A stretch of 64,000 bases of DNA. Origin: Flavobacteriales bacterium (lineage in GTDB: Bacteria; Bacteroidota; Bacteroidia; Flavobacteriales_D; CAJJDF01). Made by a program: the position numbers and the translations under genes. The notes below the pieces were generated by a model that worked only from the letters and a program-made list of their open reading frames with translations, did no database searches and was not told the DNA's origin. The stretch lies in contig CBFHZD010000002.1 of assembly GCA_965660305.1 (NCBI GenBank), forward strand, positions 64,048 through 128,047, in the 5' to 3' direction. This document shows, one piece after another, positions 19,521 to 28,798 of the stretch; position 1 is the stretch's first letter; every line of letters begins with the position of its first letter.

Positions 19521-20822
19521 TTAACTTGCCTCGAGTGCTTCCAATGAATCTGACTCTTCAGAAATGGTATCTAACACAGGAAACTGGATTTTATCTAGAA
19601 GAGGTTTTACGGAATCCACGTATTTCAAATATTTTGGAACGTGAGTTTCTTTCATAGGTTTTGCACTGTTGAAGGTCTGTTTCCTAGAATCTACTTGTTT
19701 TCCGTCCTTCCAAAAACGGTAGCAAACATGGTTACCAGAAGAAGAACCTGTGCTCCCGACATATCCGATAATCTCTCCTTGTTTCACGTATTTCCCTACT
19801 TTAATTCCTTTGGCGATACGCGACATGTGTAGGTATTGGGTTGAGTACTGCTTGTTGTGCTTTACCTTTACAAAGTTTCCGTTTCCTCTTCCGTATCCAG
19901 CTCTTGAAACTGTTCCATCTGCAGTGGTCCAAATTGGGGTTCCGTAGGGCGCTGCATAATCTGTTCCCAAGTGAGGTTTTACTCTTCCGTATAGCTTGAT
20001 GTATCGCTTTAGGTTGTAACCCGAACTCATCCTAGAATATTTCAATGGAGCCGACAAAAACATACTTTGCATTCGTTTTGCTTTTTCTGTGTAAAAACTA
20101 TACACCGAATCTACAGAGTAACCAAAAGCGTAAAAGTCTCTGTTTTTGTGATTAAACAAGATCGATTTTACTCTTCCAATTCCTATGGCTTCGTCACCAA
20201 CTGTCCTCTCTTCATAGATGATTTTTAACTTATCGTCAACTTGCAGGTGAAAAAAATCAATAGACCAAGAATAAATGTTTGCAATTTCATCTACCAGAGG
20301 ATAGGTAATGGTAGGGTTTTGTACTTGTCTGTCTATCGCAAAAGATAAGTTTCCTCCTTTTCTTATTCGCGCACTGATTTCTTTCTCAACAAGGGTTACT
20401 TTTTTTCTCTTTGCCTGTACAGCAACTGTATCGTTAAAATCAAAAACAAAATACTCGACAGGGTTTTTTATGTAGATAGCATACTGTAAATTGTTTACCG
20501 AATCATTATCTATCCTACAAAGCATGTAGTATTCCTTGTTGGGTGAGATGTAACTTAAATCTAAACTATCTTTGGATATGACGTAGGCTTCATTAATATC
20601 AGCCTGAGATACATCATAGTTAGCAAAAAGGTGACTCAATGTCCAATTCTTTTCCACTAATCCTTCTTGTACATCAAAATTATTGAAATCGAATCCAAAC
20701 CTCATGTCTGGAGTTACAACTTCTACTTCATCGGGAAACTCTTGTGTTTGGGGTTTTTCTTCGTTGCAAGACCAAAGCAAAACGGTAACCAAAAGCGTAA
20801 AGGAAATAAATGTATTTGTCAT
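19521..20822 (-). CDS. M23 family metallopeptidase (secreted or lipoprotein)
   Basis: HLGTDYAAPYGTPI...GNGNFVKVKH...YLHMS...GYVGSTGSSSGNHVCYRF, the HxxxD / HxH signature of M23 peptidases. An N-terminal signal with Cys (LLWSC). Confidence 0.9.
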   Translation of the reverse strand: MTNTFISFTLLVTVLLWSCNEEKPQTQEFPDEVEVVTPDMRFGFDFNNFDVQEGLVEKNWTLSHLFANYDVSQADINEAYVISKDSLDLSYISPNKEYYMLCRIDNDSVNNLQYAIYIKNPVEYFVFDFNDTVAVQAKRKKVTLVEKEISARIRKGGNLSFAIDRQVQNPTITYPLVDEIANIYSWSIDFFHLQVDDKLKIIYEERTVGDEAIGIGRVKSILFNHKNRDFYAFGYSVDSVYSFYTEKAKRMQSMFLSAPLKYSRMSSGYNLKRYIKLYGRVKPHLGTDYAAPYGTPIWTTADGTVSRAGYGRGNGNFVKVKHNKQYSTQYLHMSRIAKGIKVGKYVKQGEIIGYVGSTGSSSGNHVCYRFWKDGKQVDSRKQTFNSAKPMKETHVPKYLKYVDSVKPLLDKIQFPVLDTISEESDSLEALEAS

Positions 20823-20844
20823 TAAAATTAGTTGTTCTATTTTC

Positions 20845-23316
20845 TTAATTCATGGTTTTGTATGCTTCTAGTCCACACTTCAAGAAATCAGCGTAAAAAC
20901 CAGCACCTCCACCTTTCTTTATATCAGCATAACTGATGGGGTTGTTTAACAGGGTTCCGTTTTCAGAAAGCAAAATATACCTGGGTTGAGCATTGTTTTT
21001 GAATACGATTGTCTCGAATGTAAACCATTTGTCACCAACGGTTTTAATCTTCTTTTTTTTGACCTTACCATTGTCGTATTTAATGTCAACCACCCCTTGT
21101 TCTTCTTTTGGAAGCTCAATGTCCTCATCTACATAAAGAGAAACCAAAATATATTCCTCGGAAATCAATTTCATGACTTCCTCATTTGGCCAAATGTTCT
21201 CCTCTACTTCTCTACAATTTACGCACGCCCAGCCTGTAAAGTCAATGAGCATTGGCTTTCCTTGTTCTTTGGCTGCTTTTCTACCTTCTTCATAATCTTT
21301 GTAAGCATGGAACATTTCACCACCAAAGTAACTGTAATGCATTGGTGGAGGGAAACCACTTACCAGCTTTCTATTTGCATTTTCCCCTCCTGTTAATCCG
21401 GGTATTAAATACACTACAAAAGCTAATATCATTATAGCAAAAGATACTCTGAAAAACGACAGTTTTGTTTTTCCATGGTCATGAGGAAACTTAATTAATC
21501 CAAACAAGTAGGCTACTAATCCAAGCCCAATTATAATCCATAAAGCAAAGAATACCTCTCTTTTAATTAATCCCCACTGCATCACTAAATCTGCATTTGA
21601 AAGGAACTTGATAGCAAGCGCTAATTCTAAAAACCCGAGGACTACTTTTACTGAGTTCAACCAACCACCTGAGGAAGGCAACTTTTTCATTAAACTTGGG
21701 AAGGCTGCAAAAATGGCAAAAGGCAATCCTAGCGCCAATCCAAAACCCGACAATGCCACGGTGAGCGGAAGCGGGCCGTCTTTCAAGACTCCTGCTAGCA
21801 CCGATCCCAAAATTGGCCCAGTACAAGAAAACGAAACAAGGGCAAGGGTTAGAGCCATTAAGGCAATTCCAACTATTCCTCCTACATTGGAGGCTGAATC
21901 CACTTTGTTGCTCCACTTAGAGGGAAGAGTAAGCTCGTAGTAGCCCAAAAATGAGAAGGCGAAGAATACAAAAACAACAAAAAACACCAAGTTCAATATG
22001 GGGTTTGTTGCTATTCCATTCAGCACTTGAGGATCGGCATCAGTAAACCAAAAGGGTAGGCTCAATGAAGTATAGATTAAAAATATGAACAAACCATATA
22101 GCGCAGCTTTACCAAACCCTCCCTTGGAGTCCTGACCTCCTTTGGTGAAGAAACTCACAGTTAAGGGTATCATAGGGTACACACAGGGTGTTAATATAGC
22201 AAATAGGCCTCCTCCAATTCCGAGTAGAAACAGCATCCAAAGGCCTTTTTTTTCCTCAGAATTAGTTGATTCTCCTCCACAGTCTGCAATGGGATTGTCC
22301 AAATCAAAATTCTCCATTGCCGGTAAAATGTCTAAAGTGTTTTGGTTGTCGGTACTAGCATCCTCCTCTTTAATGATGTTACCCGAAGCCACATCGATTT
22401 TGATCTCTTCGTAAGTTGGAGGCAAACAGTGGCTCGTATCGCACAACATGTAGGACAATTCAATGACAAAATTACCTCTTCCTTCAGCCGAGTACAATTG
22501 TTGTGTAAAAGTCACTTCATTCTCATAGTAACGGCTATCTGCATCATTAACTTCCTCATATACTTCGTGAATTTCTCCAGACTCTTTCATATCTCCCTCA
22601 AGTCTTCCCATTGTGTCAGCAATGTAGTACTCTGTTGGAATAATCATATCGCTCACTTGCTTATTTGCATAAATATGCCAATGCTTATCAAGCTTTGCTG
22701 TAGCAGATATTTCAAATAAATTTTCTCCTAGCTTTTTTGAGGTAATCATCCACTCAACAGGATCTTCTATACCGGAACCGGTGTTTGATTCTTCTTGTGT
22801 TGCCTCCTCATCTCCCTCTACAAGTTTTAGAACTGGCGTCTCGGCTTTTTCTTGGGTTGATTTATTTTGATTGACCTCAAAATTGTGACTTTCATCACTA
22901 GGGGGCAAACACATAGATTCGTTACACACCATAAAATAAACTCCACCTTCAATGGTGAAAGGTTCGTCCGATTTTAACTTTATTTTTTGTTTTAAAACAG
23001 CTTTGGTCTTAAAAAAAGTAAGGTTCATTTCAAAGTTGGGATCATACTCCTTGTAAGTTTTAGATTCAGTAGTTTTACCTACCAATTCATAGTTTGGATT
23101 AGGACTAAATGTTACCTCCGTGGCAATAGGCCCATCGTCACTTTCAAGTATCTGCGAATATACATGCCAACCTTCTTCTATCGAGGCAGTGAAAATTAAG
23201 GTTGCTTCGTCTCCATTTTGCTCCACTGAATATTCCCAATCTACAGGATCATATACTTGTGAAAATCCAACAAAGGCTAGTAAGGCAAAAATAATTGACG
23301 CAAAGATTGTTTTCAT
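20845..23316 (-). CDS. DsbD-family protein-disulfide reductase with two tandem N-terminal DsbD-alpha-like domains, a membrane core and a C-terminal thioredoxin domain
   Basis: Two repeats (DPVDWEYS...EGWHVYS...MVCNESMCLPP and DPVEWMIT...KHWHIYA...MLCDTSHCLPP). A multi-TM core has Cys in CVYP and FSCTGP. The C-terminus carries WACVNCR (CxxC). Confidence 0.88.
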   Translation of the reverse strand: MKTIFASIIFALLAFVGFSQVYDPVDWEYSVEQNGDEATLIFTASIEEGWHVYSQILESDDGPIATEVTFSPNPNYELVGKTTESKTYKEYDPNFEMNLTFFKTKAVLKQKIKLKSDEPFTIEGGVYFMVCNESMCLPPSDESHNFEVNQNKSTQEKAETPVLKLVEGDEEATQEESNTGSGIEDPVEWMITSKKLGENLFEISATAKLDKHWHIYANKQVSDMIIPTEYYIADTMGRLEGDMKESGEIHEVYEEVNDADSRYYENEVTFTQQLYSAEGRGNFVIELSYMLCDTSHCLPPTYEEIKIDVASGNIIKEEDASTDNQNTLDILPAMENFDLDNPIADCGGESTNSEEKKGLWMLFLLGIGGGLFAILTPCVYPMIPLTVSFFTKGGQDSKGGFGKAALYGLFIFLIYTSLSLPFWFTDADPQVLNGIATNPILNLVFFVVFVFFAFSFLGYYELTLPSKWSNKVDSASNVGGIVGIALMALTLALVSFSCTGPILGSVLAGVLKDGPLPLTVALSGFGLALGLPFAIFAAFPSLMKKLPSSGGWLNSVKVVLGFLELALAIKFLSNADLVMQWGLIKREVFFALWIIIGLGLVAYLFGLIKFPHDHGKTKLSFFRVSFAIMILAFVVYLIPGLTGGENANRKLVSGFPPPMHYSYFGGEMFHAYKDYEEGRKAAKEQGKPMLIDFTGWACVNCREVEENIWPNEEVMKLISEEYILVSLYVDEDIELPKEEQGVVDIKYDNGKVKKKKIKTVGDKWFTFETIVFKNNAQPRYILLSENGTLLNNPISYADIKKGGGAGFYADFLKCGLEAYKTMN

Positions 23317-23389
23317 ATCTAGAAATTTTTCAGAAGAGTAAAGTTAGTTTTTTTGGAGGTTTTTAATCGATTTCAAATACAGAATTTGT

Positions 23390-26086
23390 TTATTCTATTT
23401 CAAAACCAACCTTTTTCTTTTTTTCTTCTTCTCCTTTTAATTTGTCGAGCCAAGTTTTTTTCTTTTTTTCTTTGCTCTCTTTTTCCTCCTTTTTCTGCTC
23501 TTTTTCCGAGGTTGTTGAGGTGTCTTTCCCTTCTTCCCAGTTTACCTCAAATTTTGGTTTGGCCTCAGGTTTTTCTTCTGTTTTTTTAGCGGTGCTGTCC
23601 TTTTTAAAAAGCCCAAACTCCTCTTTCAAAATTCCTTTTACATTTCCTTTTTCTTCGGCACGCTTTTGCTCTTTGTATGCTTTTCTTCCCTCTTTATCTA
23701 GTTTAAAAATTGGCTTGTCAATTGTTCCGGTCATCAACAAAAATAAACGGGCCCCACTACCGTCATCCTTTATATACCCATACTCTGTATCTTTCTTTTT
23801 TGTCAATATATCCTTCAGCCTAAGGTTTATTCCGTAATTAATATCAAAATCAAAACTTTGGGTTCCGTAAAGTCCGATATCCATGGCAGATGTTTTGATT
23901 GACATGGATGGGATGTTGATCATTCTGTCTTTGATTTCAAGCGTGTTACTGAACTCCGAAAACTTCACCAGTTTTAGTTTTTTGGAGAGTTCGTCCACTT
24001 TTACGATGCTTTTCGAAATCACATTAGATTTGAGGTAATCGCCAATTTCGTCAAACAACTCCAAGTTTTTTATTTCTCCTTCTGAAATGGAATATTCTGC
24101 ATTTACAATCAGCGAGTTTAAATCTAGTTCTAAGTGTTGATTTAGGTTAGACTGAATGGCAACAATGGCATTGGCTCTTCCGGATAAGTGTTCGCTGCGC
24201 AATATATTTTGCTCAAAATTATTGAATCGCAATAACAAATCACTCATATCTATTTGTCCAAGGATAATGTCCGAGCTTAATCTAAACCCCTCATCATTGG
24301 CCATCAAACTTCCTTTTAAGTTCACACGACCTTTATTAGAAACAAAGAGTAAGTCATTCGTTTTGACCCCACTTTCATTCATAGAAAGCGAACCAGCGAC
24401 TTGTTTTAGCTCGTGCTTTTGATAAGTCAGTTTTTCTACCGAAACTCTAAGAGTTGCTGTAATTTTATTTGGTAATACAACACCCGTTGTGTCACGACCT
24501 TCCTCTACTTCAGACTTTTCGTTTCCGAGTAACTCATCTAACTCTAAAAACTTAGATTGAACATAGATATTGGCATTTAGTACTTGATTATTTACCAAGT
24601 AGGGTATAAAATTGGAAAATTGACTGCTAATTGAGAGGTCTGAATTTCCGTAACTCCCGGTTAAATTAGCACTCGATTTGAATCTATTGAAAGCAAAGTC
24701 TCCATTAAAATCAGAGTAACTTTTTTTATTGTTTTTAAATTTCAGCGTGGCAGCTTTCAGTTTTGCACTCCCCAAAAACTCGGTGACAGATAGTTCCCCT
24801 TTTCTCAAACTCCCTCTAAACTCGTTGTCTATAGAAAGAGTTCCGCCCATTGATTCAATGTTTTCAAGATTAAGAAATTGAGCCAGCTTATCTAACTCGA
24901 ATTCACCTTTTATTTGTGTGACAATAGTTTGGATAGAAGTTCCTAATAGCTTTCCTTTCAATTCGAAGTCGCCTCCGCTTAATTTACCCTTACCTTTGGT
25001 AAGTTCTATTCTCTGATTAAATGGTGATAAATCATAATTCCCTTCAAGGGCTAACTCTCGTAGTTGAACTCCCGAATTACTTTCTGTAATGGTACCTTCT
25101 TCAATGTAAAAACTTGCGCTTATTCTAGGAGTTTTTTCCTTTTTATTTGTTGTTATTGCAACATCTCCATTTACAAACCCATCAGTTTTATAGGCTTTGA
25201 GACTTTCGCTTACCTCGCTGGGCATCAGAGAAAACACTTCGGATATTTCCACATTTTTGGCCACAGCGTTTACGGTGTTTTCTTGATTAGTTAGGTTAAA
25301 AAAAGCATTCACGTTTACTGACATGTCACCTACTTTTAGGCTTCCTTTTTCAAGCTTTACCTTTTGGTCATCAAATACAGCCCTCTCTATAGACAACAGG
25401 CTCGGCTTTGCATCAAAATATACGGCACTATCATTTTGTATGGTCGATATCCAAAGGTCAGAGTTAATGGAAACTACTGAGGAGTCCGATTCGAAATTAC
25501 CAGCAAATTTTGCTGAATTGAGTGTGAAGGCAGCAAAGTTATTGTTTTGTTCATTCGTGTAGCTCACTGCTACTCGGTTCAGGTTCACTTCTTTTAAACT
25601 AAAAGTTATCGGAGCTTCAGAGGAATCCGTTTTTTCCGTTGTTTTCCAAAAAATATAATTTTCGTCTCCTTTTTTGTTTATGATTAAATTGAGTTTTGCA
25701 TCATCTAAGTCAATTTCGTTGACCTCATAGTTTCCAGAAAAAAGAGAGCTTAAACCAAATTCTAAAGAAAAGTTTTCTGCAAAAAGAAGCGTGTCTTCTG
25801 AGTTTTCGGCCTCAATAAGCAAGTTGGAAAAATTTAGACTGGCATTTGGGAATTTTTTGAAAAAAGAAAAAGACACATTATCTTCCTCAATTTTTAATTT
25901 AGCCTTGAGGTATGTATTTACCTCGTCTATGGCGTATTTTTTTATCTCCTTTTCATACACCTTGGCGAGAACAATTCCAGAAATCACTACCAATAAAAAA
26001 AGGGAGACAAAAACCAAGGCTATTTTTTTTAGCCTCTTCCATCTACTTTTTGGAACTACTGATTCTATTTGGGGTTGATCTTCCAT
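23390..26086 (-). CDS. AsmA-family (AsmA/TamB-like) envelope protein
   Basis: 898 aa. An N-terminal TM anchor, then a long beta-rich region with an AsmA-like N-terminus (..FKKFPNASLNFSNLLIE..), and a K/E-rich C-terminal tail. Confidence 0.72.
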   Translation of the reverse strand: MEDQPQIESVVPKSRWKRLKKIALVFVSLFLLVVISGIVLAKVYEKEIKKYAIDEVNTYLKAKLKIEEDNVSFSFFKKFPNASLNFSNLLIEAENSEDTLLFAENFSLEFGLSSLFSGNYEVNEIDLDDAKLNLIINKKGDENYIFWKTTEKTDSSEAPITFSLKEVNLNRVAVSYTNEQNNNFAAFTLNSAKFAGNFESDSSVVSINSDLWISTIQNDSAVYFDAKPSLLSIERAVFDDQKVKLEKGSLKVGDMSVNVNAFFNLTNQENTVNAVAKNVEISEVFSLMPSEVSESLKAYKTDGFVNGDVAITTNKKEKTPRISASFYIEEGTITESNSGVQLRELALEGNYDLSPFNQRIELTKGKGKLSGGDFELKGKLLGTSIQTIVTQIKGEFELDKLAQFLNLENIESMGGTLSIDNEFRGSLRKGELSVTEFLGSAKLKAATLKFKNNKKSYSDFNGDFAFNRFKSSANLTGSYGNSDLSISSQFSNFIPYLVNNQVLNANIYVQSKFLELDELLGNEKSEVEEGRDTTGVVLPNKITATLRVSVEKLTYQKHELKQVAGSLSMNESGVKTNDLLFVSNKGRVNLKGSLMANDEGFRLSSDIILGQIDMSDLLLRFNNFEQNILRSEHLSGRANAIVAIQSNLNQHLELDLNSLIVNAEYSISEGEIKNLELFDEIGDYLKSNVISKSIVKVDELSKKLKLVKFSEFSNTLEIKDRMINIPSMSIKTSAMDIGLYGTQSFDFDINYGINLRLKDILTKKKDTEYGYIKDDGSGARLFLLMTGTIDKPIFKLDKEGRKAYKEQKRAEEKGNVKGILKEEFGLFKKDSTAKKTEEKPEAKPKFEVNWEEGKDTSTTSEKEQKKEEKESKEKKKKTWLDKLKGEEEKKKKVGFEIE

Positions 26087-26202
26087 TTTTACATTACCTT
26101 TCGGGCTGTTTTTACGCTCAAGTTGAACGCAAATTTAATGGAATAATTGCTCCAACTGAGCCAGAAAATGAGTAAGATATTAAAGGTGTACTTTTAACAA
26201 AA

Positions 26203-26412
26203 TCACTCTTCTTCTCGTGATTTTATCAATATGGCATAGGCCTTTTCAAAATCAGATTCATGTACTTTTAATTGAACATTTGGCTTATAGCCATCTGCGG
26301 TAACTGTAAATAAGGTTTCGTTTTGCACGTGGCTTTCTATTCCGTTTTCATCCAGAAGTGACTTGTCGATGTAGCATTCGTGCAAATGAAAATATTCTCC
26401 TACAGTTTTCAT
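26203..26412 (-). CDS. Small DUF2007-like protein (putative signal-transducing, PII-like fold)
   Basis: 69-aa ORF with a clean start and a pattern resembling DUF2007 (..LLDENGIES.V.NE......). Weak assignment. Confidence 0.45.
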   Translation of the reverse strand: MKTVGEYFHLHECYIDKSLLDENGIESHVQNETLFTVTADGYKPNVQLKVHESDFEKAYAILIKSREEE

Positions 26413-26511
26413 GATTAAAACTTGATTTTGTTTTTATGCCAGAGATGTTGAATCGCAACTCTTATTTGATCCGCTGTGAAGCTTTACCAGCTCATAAAAA
26501 CTTGTAATGAA

Positions 26512-26823
26512 CTACATAAACCCGAGATCAAGCTGGGCTTCTTCGCTCATCATGTCCTTGGTCCAGGTGGGGTCAAACACGACCTGAACTTTTGCCGATT
26601 TTACTTGCTCAATACCGGCTATTTTTTCTTCAACTTCCACAGGCAAAGTCTCTGCCACAGGGCAAGAGGGCGAAGTTAAAGTCATATCCACAGCTACATT
26701 AAACTCTTTGTCAATGCGCACATCATAAATTAAACCCAACTCATAAATATCTACAGGAATTTCTGGGTCAAAAATTGTTTTGATAACCGAGATTATAACG
26801 TCTTCTAATTCACTCTTTTTCAT
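26512..26823 (-). CDS. DUF59/SufT-like Fe-S cluster assembly protein
   Basis: DPEIPVDIYELGLIYDV....V.MTLTSPSCPVAE, the classic DUF59 (MIP18) motif, adjacent to sufE. Confidence 0.85.
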   Translation of the reverse strand: MKKSELEDVIISVIKTIFDPEIPVDIYELGLIYDVRIDKEFNVAVDMTLTSPSCPVAETLPVEVEEKIAGIEQVKSAKVQVVFDPTWTKDMMSEEAQLDLGFM

Positions 26824-26831
26824 TTTCTTCT

Positions 26832-27251
26832 TTATGAGGGTTGCTGCATTAGTAATGCATATACTTTCATTTGTTTCACCATGCTCACCAATCCATTGGA
26901 ACGAGTTGGTGATAAATGTTCTTTTAGTCCTATTTCGTCAATAAATGCAAGCTTTGCATCTACAATTTCCTTTGGGTCTTGATGGTTCAATACTCTTATC
27001 AGAAGAGCTATAATTCCTTTGGTAATAATGGCATCGCTGTCCGCAGAATAGGAAATAATCCCATTTGCTTTTTCTGCATGTAGCCATACTCTTGACTGAC
27101 AGCCTTTAATTATATTCTCGTCTGTTTTTTGTTTTTCTGCTATGATTGGCAATTCTTTTCCAAGCTCAATAATGTGCTCATACTTCTCCATCCAGTCGTC
27201 AAACATCGAAAACTCATCAATAATTTCATTTTCTATTTCTGAAATGCTCAT
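26832..27251 (-). CDS. sufE: SufE-like cysteine desulfuration (sulfur acceptor) protein
   Basis: 139 aa. IKGCQSRVWL motif containing the conserved acceptor Cys. Confidence 0.85.
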   Translation of the reverse strand: MSISEIENEIIDEFSMFDDWMEKYEHIIELGKELPIIAEKQKTDENIIKGCQSRVWLHAEKANGIISYSADSDAIITKGIIALLIRVLNHQDPKEIVDAKLAFIDEIGLKEHLSPTRSNGLVSMVKQMKVYALLMQQPS

Positions 27252-27352
27252 GCCCTTATTTATTTTGATTCAAAATTAGTAAAAATTGAATCGTAGTGCA
27301 ATAGAAACTAGGGATTAAAAAGCTGTCTCAACCTTTATATGCCTTGAGTGGA

Positions 27353-28786
27353 TTAGTTTGCCTCTTCTTTTTTGTCTATTTTTTTTGCCCCAAAGGTTAG
27401 GTTAAGTCCAAAGTGAATGTGGGTTTTTTTACTGTTGGCGGGATACGAAAATAAATTAACTTGTTGGCTGGCATCGCCAGTCTGAAATTGAGTCATTCGT
27501 GAGGCAAACACATTGTCCATTGCTGCAAACAACTGAACGGCACCTAGGTTTGCGCTAAATCCTAGCCCTAGATTATTAAATCCGCGATTGACCATAGAAT
27601 ATGAAACACTGGCATTAAGCCAACTTCCCACCTTTTGGTTGTAGGACAAGGTGAGCGAAGGTCTTATTTCTGTATTGTAAATTTCTGCCTGAAGTAGGAC
27701 CCCTGCCTTCCCTCCTAATTTACTCGATTTAAATAAACTGTAGGTTCCTCCAACATGCAACCTGGTTAAGAGCATTTTTCTGTAGGAATCCTTGTTCTCA
27801 GAATACCCCAAATCATCTTCTGCAGCCTCTCTTAAACGATCAAAAGCAGCATTTAGAGAATCTCCGGCTGCGGAATCGGCAGCATATATAATCTCGGTTA
27901 AGTCGACACCTGTCACAGTAATAGTCGCATCATTGGTTCCAATAGAATTGATTTCACTTGCCCAATTAATAAACCCTAAATCAACTACACTTGCATTTAC
28001 AGAAATCTTTTCTGAAATTTTGTAGGAAAGGCCAATGTCAATGGCTACTCCATTATTTTCAGAGTTCATCAAATACTCTTGTGCATTGCCTTGTCTTAGG
28101 TTTCCTGTGCTATCAAAACCTGATGAACGAAAGTCTAGCTCTCCGCTAATTGTCCAATCATAATTATCTGGATTGGTTTTCAACTGAAAACTATTTTTCT
28201 TTACCCAAATGTTGGACAATCCTGTCAGGTATTTTACTCTTGCTCCTACATCTAGCTTATCAGATACTTTTCTTTGCCATCCAAAACCGTATTCTCTGTA
28301 ATGCGACAAGTTCAGCCCTGTGTTACTCATGTCAATATTTCCTCCGTGGTGATTAAAATCCGCGTTTCCATAGAGAGGAAGTTCTAAAAACCCTTTGGAT
28401 AAATTGATTCGGCCAACTATGTTTTCGGAAATATTGAAGCTAAAGAAGTTTTTTTTGAGCTGAATTCCCAAAGAGAATAAATCAATTTTTGTGCTCAACC
28501 CCAGATAGTTGTTGTCTTGAATGTTATCCTTGAGCTTGTCCAAGGTTAAACTCGTTACATCATTATTTGTTTCAAACAAATTGGCTGGAGTGAAGGTGGT
28601 GTTCAAATGATCTAAATAAATGGAGGATATTACGGGCAACCCAATATTAACTTTAGAGTTTGGCCTGAACGAAGGGTTCAAATATTGCCTTTGTGGAACA
28701 TTTTCTAAATAATAAAGCGTGAGGTCTTGCTGAGAATTACCCATCAATGTTAAAATAAGCAAACTATATAGGCTGAGATGTTTCAA
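27353..28786 (-). CDS. Hypothetical outer-membrane beta-barrel protein with a PorP/SprF-like N-terminus
   Basis: Signal peptide, then QQDLTLYYLENVPQRQYLNPSF, which is reminiscent of the PorP/SprF start. Alternating beta-strand composition and a terminal aromatic segment (HFGLNLTFG). Confidence 0.55.
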   Translation of the reverse strand: MKHLSLYSLLILTLMGNSQQDLTLYYLENVPQRQYLNPSFRPNSKVNIGLPVISSIYLDHLNTTFTPANLFETNNDVTSLTLDKLKDNIQDNNYLGLSTKIDLFSLGIQLKKNFFSFNISENIVGRINLSKGFLELPLYGNADFNHHGGNIDMSNTGLNLSHYREYGFGWQRKVSDKLDVGARVKYLTGLSNIWVKKNSFQLKTNPDNYDWTISGELDFRSSGFDSTGNLRQGNAQEYLMNSENNGVAIDIGLSYKISEKISVNASVVDLGFINWASEINSIGTNDATITVTGVDLTEIIYAADSAAGDSLNAAFDRLREAAEDDLGYSENKDSYRKMLLTRLHVGGTYSLFKSSKLGGKAGVLLQAEIYNTEIRPSLTLSYNQKVGSWLNASVSYSMVNRGFNNLGLGFSANLGAVQLFAAMDNVFASRMTQFQTGDASQQVNLFSYPANSKKTHIHFGLNLTFGAKKIDKKEEAN

Positions 28787-28798
28787 TTTGTGTAGGTT

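Noticed and set aside
23353-23837. Plus-strand ORFs of 78 and 131 aa
   Set aside because: They are antisense to the K/E-rich C-terminal tail of the AsmA-like gene. This is the same low-complexity artefact, and there is no independent start context.
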